From the IMG/VR virus record IMGVR_UViG_3300042469_000981: a DNA stretch of 64,000 nucleotides; one strand, written 5' to 3'. Below the pieces are notes generated by a model that worked only from the letters and a program-made list of their open reading frames with translations, did not search any database and was not told the DNA's origin. Source of the stretch: a virus. Every line of letters starts with the position of its first letter. Positions within the stretch are counted from its first letter, which is position 1. Shown here in pieces: positions 57,138 through 64,000 of this stretch. The position numbers were made by a program, and so were the translations under genes.

Positions 57138-60029
57138 TTAAAATATTTTAAGTAGTGCTTTTAATTGCCATCCTGAAGTTGGTGTCTCTAATACAATCAC
57201 AGTATTGCTACCACTATAGTTTGCTGTGAAGTATACATTGTTAGTGTTTCCAATATCGACTGTACTAACATCATAATGGACTGGCGTAATTGAACCGTCC
57301 CACGCAACATAGAAATCTCCTGTACGTACATTAGAGTTAGATCTTACCATATATTCCATATGGGCTGTATAAGCATATCCAAAAGGAATTGTTACAATTA
57401 AATTACTACCTGAACCTATTAAATCATTTTCTACTACATCAAACGTTACTGTGTTAAGTACAAAGTTTGATGAGTACATACCATTTACTAAACTTGAAGT
57501 GATCATAAAATCACTACCAGTTAATTGTAATAATGTGTTGTCGTATGTAAATCCTACACTAGTTACTACTCCATTTGCTGTTCCGTCTGAAACTAAAACA
57601 GCGTATTGTGATGGGTTAGATACAGATAAACTAGTACCTGAAGATCCAGCTGTGCCTGAAGAGCCTGAAGTACCAGCGGTACCCGCTGCTCCTGAACTGC
57701 CTGAGCTACCTGAGGTGCCTGATAAACCAGAGGTACCACTTGTACCTGAGGATCCTGATTCGCCTGAACTACCTGAACTACCTGAACTACCTGCAACTCC
57801 AGAAGTACCACTTGAACCACTAGCTCCGGCTGCGCCTGATGTACCTGAAGTACCTGAACTACCTGAAGATCCAGAACTACCACTAGTTCCTGATGAACCA
57901 GAAGAACCACTTGAACCAGATGAACCAGCTGTACCACTTTCTCCTGAAGTACCTGATGAGCCTGAAGTTCCTGATTGTCCTGAGGAGCCAGCACTGCCTG
58001 AGGTACCTGAGGTACCTGAAGAGCCAGCACTGCCTGATGAACCGCTTAAACCACTTGATCCACTTTCGCCTGAAGTTCCAGATGAGCCTGAAGTTCCAGA
58101 TTCACCAGAACTACCACTTGAACCTGAACTACCGCTTAAACCAGATGAACCTGAGCTACCGCTTAAACCACTAGATCCTGCTGTCCCACTTAAACCAGAA
58201 GAACCACTTGTACCACTTTCGCCTGAAGTACCACTTGAACCGCTTGTACCACTTTCACCTGATGTTCCACTTGAACCTGAAGTACCTGATTGTCCTGAAG
58301 TACCGCTTGAACCTGAAGTACCTGATTCGCCTGATGACCCTGAAGTGCCTGATGAACCAGCAACACCTGAAGTGCCTGAGCTACCAGAAGATCCTGAGCT
58401 ACCGGCTGTACCTGAACTACCGTCTCCACCAGATGCTCCATCTAGGTTTGTAGTCCAAGAAGAATATGTTGCTGTACCCTCAACACTAGATATTTTTATT
58501 GTTAATGATCCTGTGCCTGAATTGTATGAAACTACATCCCCGTGAATTTCTTCACCAACAGCATGAGCTACAATTACGTGTTGAGATACTGTATATGATA
58601 ATCCTGTACTTGTAGTTATGGTTAAATTATTTCCAACTACAAGTGTACTTAAATTAATTGAATCAGTTGATGTACCAATATAGGAAGCACTTTGACCTGA
58701 TGAGCCTGAAGTTCCATTAGCCCCTGAAGTACCGCTTGAGCCTGTCGCACCTGAAGAACCACTAGATCCTGAAGTGCCTGCTTCTCCTGAGGTTCCACTT
58801 GAACCACTTGTTCCTGATAAACCTGAGCTACCTGAAGTGCCAGATTCACCTGAGGTGCCTGAACTGCCTGATGTACCACTTAAACCTGAGCTTCCACTAG
58901 TTCCTGAAGAACCAGAAGAACCACTAGTACCTGTTGTACCAGAAGTACCAGATAAACCTGAACTGCCTGAACTACCACTTGTTCCTGAAGTACCACTTGC
59001 ACCAGAAGTACCTGATGAGCCTGAAGTTCCTGATTGTCCAGAAGATCCAGAAGAACCATCAGCGCCTGAGCTGCCTGAAGTACCATCAACTCCTGAGCTG
59101 CCGCTTGAACCACCAGATCCTGAAGTACCAGATAAGCCTGAAGTACCTGAAGAACCAGAAGTACCTGATTGTCCTGAAGAACCAGAAGAACCATCTATAC
59201 CTGAACTACCAGAACTACCATTTTGTCCTGATGTGCCTGAGCTTCCTGTTAATCCTGAAGAACCTGAAGTGCCTGAAGTGCCTGTTGTACCTGAAGAACC
59301 AGAACTGCCTGAAGTACCAGCGCTACCTGAAGTACCTGCTGACCCTGAAGTACCATTTGAACCAGAAGTACCAGATGAACCATCTATACCGCTTGATCCA
59401 GATGAACCTGAAGTACCATCTATACCTGAAGTACCTGAAGTTCCACTTGAACCAGAAGAACCTGAAGAACCTGAAGTACCACTTGTACCAGAAGATCCAG
59501 ATGTACCAGGAGCACCTGGTAAACCAGATACGCCTGAAGAACCTGAAGTACCATCAGTACCTGATGTACCACTTGTACCTGCTGTACCTGGAGAGCCAGT
59601 ACCTGAAGTACCGGCTGTACCAGCAGTACCTGAAGTACCGGTTGTACCAGAACTACCTGATGAACCTGCTGAACCTGAGCTACCAGATGAACCTGAAGTA
59701 CCAGTTGTACCTGAGGTACCTGAAGCTCCAGATGTACCAGATGAACCTCTAGGTCCTACTTGTCCAACTTCAATTACAGCGGATATAGGTTGAGCTACTT
59801 CTACAACATTATCAGGAAGTTGAGTATTTACTACCGTAACAGTGTTAGGTAGATTATCTAAATTTAATGTTAAAGTTGTTTGTACTACTGTTGTAGGACT
59901 AAAAACAGTACTTTGAGTTGTTACTGAACTGGAGTCAGGGTTTTGAACAACTGTAATAGTATTACCTGTCGGTTCTACAACGACTATAGTATTTTGGCTT
60001 TGTATTACATTAATTGAGTTTGACTCCAT
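57138..60029 (-). CDS. Collagen-like Gly-Ser/Thr protein (963 aa) with a central globular insert
   Basis: Two nearly uninterrupted (G-X-Y)n tracts separated by an insert of about 85 aa (ASYIGTSTDSINL...WTTNLDG). Confidence 0.85.
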   Translation of the reverse strand: MESNSINVIQSQNTIVVVEPTGNTITVVQNPDSSSVTTQSTVFSPTTVVQTTLTLNLDNLPNTVTVVNTQLPDNVVEVAQPISAVIEVGQVGPRGSSGTSGASGTSGTTGTSGSSGSSGSAGSSGSSGTTGTSGTAGTAGTSGTGSPGTAGTSGTSGTDGTSGSSGVSGLPGAPGTSGSSGTSGTSGSSGSSGSSGTSGTSGIDGTSGSSGSSGIDGSSGTSGSNGTSGSAGTSGSAGTSGSSGSSGTTGTSGTSGSSGLTGSSGTSGQNGSSGSSGIDGSSGSSGQSGTSGSSGTSGLSGTSGSGGSSGSSGVDGTSGSSGADGSSGSSGQSGTSGSSGTSGASGTSGTSGSSGSSGLSGTSGTTGTSGSSGSSGTSGSSGLSGTSGSSGTSGESGTSGSSGLSGTSGSSGTSGEAGTSGSSGSSGATGSSGTSGANGTSGSSGQSASYIGTSTDSINLSTLVVGNNLTITTSTGLSYTVSQHVIVAHAVGEEIHGDVVSYNSGTGSLTIKISSVEGTATYSSWTTNLDGASGGDGSSGTAGSSGSSGSSGTSGVAGSSGTSGSSGESGTSGSSGTSGQSGTSGSSGTSGESGTSGSSGTSGESGTSGSSGLSGTAGSSGLSGSSGSSGLSGSSGSSGSSGESGTSGSSGTSGESGSSGLSGSSGSAGSSGTSGTSGSAGSSGQSGTSGSSGTSGESGTAGSSGSSGSSGSSGTSGSSGSSGSSGTSGTSGAAGASGSSGTSGVAGSSGSSGSSGESGSSGTSGTSGLSGTSGSSGSSGAAGTAGTSGSSGTAGSSGTSLSVSNPSQYAVLVSDGTANGVVTSVGFTYDNTLLQLTGSDFMITSSLVNGMYSSNFVLNTVTFDVVENDLIGSGSNLIVTIPFGYAYTAHMEYMVRSNSNVRTGDFYVAWDGSITPVHYDVSTVDIGNTNNVYFTANYSGSNTVIVLETPTSGWQLKALLKIF

Positions 60030-60040
60030 TACAAACTCGT

Positions 60041-60457
60041 TTAGGCAGGATTAACTTCAGTAACTTGTTTGCTTAATTGTACTTGACCTTCGAGCAATCT
60101 AATTTTTTCACTTCCAGAAGTTAGTTCAATATCATAATAAGCGTTACCTGTAAAGACTAAATCTTGTGTTGTTGCCCATCCGGCGTATATTCCTATACTG
60201 CCTGATGTTACAGATGTAGTACCATTACTACCTGAAAAACTTAAAAAAGCACTACTGCTATTAAAATTATAAGTGTCTCCTAAACTAGAAGTTAAAGTTA
60301 AATAGGTTTGACCACTACCGCTATAAGCTGAACGAATTTGCATAGCACCTTCATAACCAGCCAAACTTATAGGTTCACCAACCGAGTCTTTATATTGTAA
60401 TTCTAAATTTAGAGTAGCACCTTGTTCAATGATAAAAGAATATTTTCCAGCAGCCAT
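60041..60457 (-). CDS. BppU-like fibre/baseplate attachment domain protein
   Basis: IEQGAT...YKD..G.PI.L.GY...MQIR...YYDIEL......RLLEG.V..S..VT. Confidence 0.65.
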   Translation of the reverse strand: MAAGKYSFIIEQGATLNLELQYKDSVGEPISLAGYEGAMQIRSAYSGSGQTYLTLTSSLGDTYNFNSSSAFLSFSGSNGTTSVTSGSIGIYAGWATTQDLVFTGNAYYDIELTSGSEKIRLLEGQVQLSKQVTEVNPA

Positions 60458-60498
60458 ATTTTTTATATATAAATATTAAGAAATAATGGAAATATTTA

Positions 60499-61236
60499 TT
60501 ATCTTTTAGAGTTCCCGTTACTTCCTGAGGTGCCTAATGTAATTCCTTTTTCATACGCGTCATTATATAGATTAATTAAATCTTCTACAATAGGATCTCT
60601 ATGGTTTTGTTTTAAAGATATAGCGCAAAGATTTTTTATCTTTTTAGCAGCTGAGTATAAGAATTTAAATCCTGAATCGCGTTTTTGTTTTAAGTCTACT
60701 TGGGCATCATCTCCACAAACAATCATTTTAGATCCTTTACCAATGCGGGTAACGATCATTTCCATTTGTTCATGAGTAACGTTTTGGGCTTCATCTACAA
60801 TTACTACAGAGTTTACAAATGTTCTACCTCTCATAAATGAAACAGGTACAATTTCTATTTTATCTTCCTTAATAAGTTCTTCAATTTTAGTTTTATCATA
60901 AAGTAAGAACATGTTTTGGTAGATTGGTTGTACCCAAGGATCCATTTTTTCTCTTAAATCGCCTGGTAAGAATCCAATTTCTTCTTTAGATACTGTTGGT
61001 CGAGTAATGATTACTTTTTCAACATCTCTCATAAATAATTTTTCTAAACCAATTTGGCAAGCAAGTAATGTTTTGCCTGAACCAGCCGCTCCAGCTAATA
61101 AAGTAATAGTACTTTCTAATATTTTAGCTTTAGCTGACTTTTGTTCCTCGTTTAATTGTAACTTAAACTTAATAGGGTTTTTAGGCTTACGCTTTTCTTT
61201 GAAGATATCATCTTCATGGGTGGGGTGATTATTCAT
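60499..61236 (-). CDS. phoH: PhoH-family ATPase
   Basis: GAAGSGKT, TRP, GFLPGDL.EK, MRGRTF, IVDEAQN, GD..Q.D, NHR.PIV. Confidence 0.95.
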   Translation of the reverse strand: MNNHPTHEDDIFKEKRKPKNPIKFKLQLNEEQKSAKAKILESTITLLAGAAGSGKTLLACQIGLEKLFMRDVEKVIITRPTVSKEEIGFLPGDLREKMDPWVQPIYQNMFLLYDKTKIEELIKEDKIEIVPVSFMRGRTFVNSVVIVDEAQNVTHEQMEMIVTRIGKGSKMIVCGDDAQVDLKQKRDSGFKFLYSAAKKIKNLCAISLKQNHRDPIVEDLINLYNDAYEKGITLGTSGSNGNSKR

Positions 61237-61769
61237 TTTTTGTTAGGGCTTATTCTTCCTTTTAAAGCTTGACTAATAGCTTTTTTATGTTCTTCACTTA
61301 TTGATTTTCCTTTACGATTAGAAGATTTTCCTATTTTGGCTAATCTCATTTTTTCTAGAGTTTCGGGAGAATATTTTCTATTTTTTAATTTTTCAGCAAA
61401 TCCCTCTGGTTTAGGTTTTCCTTTAGTTGATTCGCTTCTTTTATTACATGTTTCTTGGGTTTGTTTAGATCCAGTTTGTCTTTTAATTTGATTATCTATA
61501 AATTCTTTAGTTCTATAAGCAGGACCACCACCTCCTGTATTTTTATTTAGTACAAAAAATCCCCAAACTTTAAATTGTTCTATCCAATAAGATTCTATAG
61601 GAGTCCAATCGTTTTTATTATTACTATTTATTTCATCAATTATAGTATAAGTAATTTGTTTTCCAAATTTTTGCTTGTGGTCATTTTTTCTGCAGTTTTT
61701 GGTTTTACCTATATAAACCCAATTAGGATTATCATAACAATTTTCAACTAAATATATTTTAGTAAACAT
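61233..61769 (-). mobile_element. Free-standing GIY-YIG homing endonuclease with NUMOD3-type repeats
   Basis: KIYLV...VYIGKT...E..WI...LN...GG; C-terminal TQETCNKRSESTKGK, SPETLEKMRLAKIGK and SEEHKKAISQALKGR repeats. Confidence 0.8.
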
Positions 61770-61772
61770 TTA

Positions 61773-62501
61773 TTATAAATATTCATTAAAGTTAATCTTT
61801 ACCAATGCATCTATACCAGCATTCACATGCATGGCATCATCTAAACATAACTCGAAATCATATCTATCATCTAATGGTAACACTAAATCAACTTGTGAAC
61901 CCCATCTTATTAAAGAAAATCTCTCATTTTGAGCAAAAATATCATTTTGATCCATAGTAAATGGAGCAATTACATTCACATCCTCATCAGCTATCTGGAT
62001 TAGATAGTAAGTATAGTTAAGAGAAGGTGAATAGATTTTATTCCACATACGCTCATTATACTTTAAATATTCCATGTTAGCAGGATTAATCTTTTTATTA
62101 AGAATATCCTTTTCTACGGCTAACATAGGCTTATTAGTTGACTGTATCGCGTCTAGTGGTTTATATTGCAACGTACCTCCGTAAGGTATACGATTGATGT
62201 GAACATCATAGAACGACATGAATATACCAATAACTAAAGACGGTCTATTGTACTCATCATCACCTACTACATCTTGTAAGGTGTAATTCATACCCTTAAT
62301 CTCAACTATAGGTTCAGAAGGATCTTTAATAAACTTTTGATATAAAATAGTTCCATCAGCAGGACTATAAAAATGTTCATAGTCTATAAAATTAGGACGG
62401 ATTGGATCTCTAAAGAAAAAAGTATTAGATAATTCACCTACAGGTAATTTTTGTAACTGTTTTACCTCACCATTCAACCACTCTGTTAACGTTTGTGCCA
62501 T
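61773..62501 (-). CDS. psd: Phosphatidylserine decarboxylase-like pyruvoyl enzyme
   Basis: FFFRDP, YSPADG, IFMSFYDVHINRIP and RWGSQVDL (GS autocleavage site). The start is ATG 62499-62501, overlapping the upstream TAA (TAATG). Confidence 0.8.
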   Translation of the reverse strand: MAQTLTEWLNGEVKQLQKLPVGELSNTFFFRDPIRPNFIDYEHFYSPADGTILYQKFIKDPSEPIVEIKGMNYTLQDVVGDDEYNRPSLVIGIFMSFYDVHINRIPYGGTLQYKPLDAIQSTNKPMLAVEKDILNKKINPANMEYLKYNERMWNKIYSPSLNYTYYLIQIADEDVNVIAPFTMDQNDIFAQNERFSLIRWGSQVDLVLPLDDRYDFELCLDDAMHVNAGIDALVKINFNEYL

Positions 62502-63415
62502 TATAGTAACGTTTTTAAATGATCTACTCGGTTTAAATGCATAACCATGCAAGACAACATAGCACCCGATTTCATATACTCAGACAAGTTAAAGATAACA
62601 GGTTCCATACCAGCATCACCACAAATCTTTTCTAATGTTTTAAGTTTATGAACCTCACCTTCATAGTATTCATGTGACTTTTTCATTTCTGAGATATTAG
62701 AGGCACATAAAATCATATTACCATACTTAACTGAATTAGTTAATCCACCTAAAGCATCATCAACATCAATATTAATAATATCAGTATGTTTTTCTAGTTC
62801 AGCAATTTCTTCAGGGTCAAATAGTTCAGTACAAATCAAAGTTTGGTCTTGATTTAAAGCAAAGATAGAACAGTCTAAGTGATACAAGTACTCATCAACC
62901 ATAGCTACTTTAATAATATCCATGTTGTATTGTTCCTCCATCCACTCATAGGCTTTAATGTTTGAACGGATACCATAACCACCAATGTATTTGTTACCAT
63001 AAAGATATTTCAAATCAGCCTCACCTTCCCACTTGTAAGGAGAAATAGCTGTCTTATAACCCATCATGTTAAAGAACTTTTCACCAACTAACTCTTCACC
63101 TTTACGAGGGTCAGAAGTAAAGTTAGATAAAATAATATGGTTCTCATTTTTAATATGAGGTAAAGAAATACCCAAATTAGCTACATAAACTTGGTCCTGG
63201 AATTTGCCTTCTGAAGGCAATAAATGAACTAAAGATCCACCAGCCATAAACTGATATAGATCCATAAATTGTTTATAAGCTTTAGGCTTGTTAACTGTTA
63301 ATTCCTCATCTGTTAATTCTTGCATCCAAATATTATTTGGATCAGATGTTGATAAGGTAAAAGGGAAGTTCATTACATAACTTTGAAATGGCAACTGACT
63401 TGGGGTTTCTTTCAT
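62501..63415 (-). CDS. Pentein / amidinotransferase superfamily enzyme (arginine dihydrolase/deiminase/DDAH-like)
   Basis: QDQVYVAN, SNF....RKGEE, WEGEAD, YHLDC, LSEYMKSGAMLSC; Asp/His/Cys catalytic positions present. Confidence 0.82.
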   Translation of the reverse strand: MKETPSQLPFQSYVMNFPFTLSTSDPNNIWMQELTDEELTVNKPKAYKQFMDLYQFMAGGSLVHLLPSEGKFQDQVYVANLGISLPHIKNENHIILSNFTSDPRKGEELVGEKFFNMMGYKTAISPYKWEGEADLKYLYGNKYIGGYGIRSNIKAYEWMEEQYNMDIIKVAMVDEYLYHLDCSIFALNQDQTLICTELFDPEEIAELEKHTDIINIDVDDALGGLTNSVKYGNMILCASNISEMKKSHEYYEGEVHKLKTLEKICGDAGMEPVIFNLSEYMKSGAMLSCMVMHLNRVDHLKTLL

Positions 63416-63467
63416 AAAATATACTTTATAACTGTTACGTATAAATATTAGCTAGGTGCCTATAAGT

Positions 63468-63494
63468 AAAAAAGGCCTAGAAAACTCTAGGCCT
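63468..63494 (-). terminator. Intrinsic terminator after the partial fibre gene
   Basis: Minus strand AGGCCTAG-agtttt-CTAGGCCT followed by TTTTT. Confidence 0.78.
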
Positions 63495-63514
63495 CTCTTT
63501 AAAGTATTTTATTT

Positions 63515-64000
63515 TTATGCTATTCTTCCTACTGTTAATATAACTGAAGGGACATTTGGTCCTATGACAGCTGATGTATTGTAATGGATTCGGAAATTAG
63601 TTTGAGTAGCTCCATATCTTAATTCATAATAATCCCCAGCAGAGGCAGACACATAAAAATTCCAAGCTGCTACTTGAGCATCGTTTGCTCCTCCTGCTAA
63701 AGTAATTTGTGTATTAGAATCAGGAACATCTTCTCCATTTTTTGCTAACCATATATAACTACTTACTGTAGTACCACTTGTTTTATCTATTTGAGCTGAA
63801 AATTGAATATCATAAACACCAGCATTAGCTATCTGAATTTGATTTCTAATAGGTCCTCCTATAGTTATCCCATTAGAAAAATCGGTTGTGCTAAAAGACA
63901 TTGAATACGGAGTATTCTGAACAGAAGCTGTTAACGATGCTGTATGATAAGCAGATAAGTAATAGGATTGGATTGAACTAGTATAAGTGTTAAAACTAGA
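63515..64000 (-). CDS. C-terminal part of a fibre protein (C1q/TNF-like tip domain); 5' end lies outside the window
   Basis: The frame is open from 64000 (SSFNTYTSSIQSYYLSAYHT...) through the track ORF. NAGVYDIQFSAQ...WLAKNG.DVP.S...AAWNF...GDYYEL pattern. Confidence 0.7.
   Translation of the reverse strand, partial: SSFNTYTSSIQSYYLSAYHTASLTASVQNTPYSMSFSTTDFSNGITIGGPIRNQIQIANAGVYDIQFSAQIDKTSGTTVSSYIWLAKNGEDVPDSNTQITLAGGANDAQVAAWNFYVSASAGDYYELRYGATQTNFRIHYNTSAVIGPNVPSVILTVGRIA

Noticed and set aside
61233-61769. GIY-YIG ORF as part of a group I intron
   Set aside because: The flanking psd and phoH genes are complete and abut the ORF, leaving no non-coding sequence for an intron core.
1-64000. 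Stop-codon reassignment, as seen in some Bacteroidota phages
   Set aside because: Genes are full length and densely packed under the standard code, with no in-frame TAG or TGA splitting the recognisable proteins.
1-64000. tRNA, rRNA, integrase or transposase genes
   Set aside because: The intergenic gaps are almost all under about 110 nt and are explained by promoters or terminators. No cloverleaf or recombinase motif was recognised.

Overview
This window is a 64-kb fragment of a large, AT-rich, contractile-tailed dsDNA phage with T4-like morphogenesis architecture. Every credible gene lies on the minus strand. The host is probably Bacteroidota: starts have A-rich leaders with no Shine-Dalgarno sequence, and five promoters match TTTGG-N19-TATATT. 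In transcription order (right to left) the window holds: a partial fibre-tip gene; a coupled pentein (arginine dihydrolase/deiminase-like) plus phosphatidylserine-decarboxylase-like pair; a free-standing GIY-YIG endonuclease; phoH; two giant proline-poor Gly-X-Y (Ser/Thr) proteins; a 2251-aa fibre; three neck/terminator genes; an 8-gene glycosylation cluster; an array of LamG and Gly-rich fibre genes; sheath, tube, a chaperone with a candidate programmed frameshift, tape measure and baseplate genes; and a replication module (compact PolA, SSB, RecA/UvsX, 5'-3' exonuclease, DnaB-like helicase, class II RNR). The glycosylation cluster includes an Aah/TibC-type heptosyltransferase homologue and two methyltransferases. 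The strongest candidate for a new system is a phage-encoded protein O-glycosylation pathway located beside about 2,100 residues of Ser/Thr-rich Gly-X-Y repeat. All product calls come from motif recognition by eye; no database search was run.
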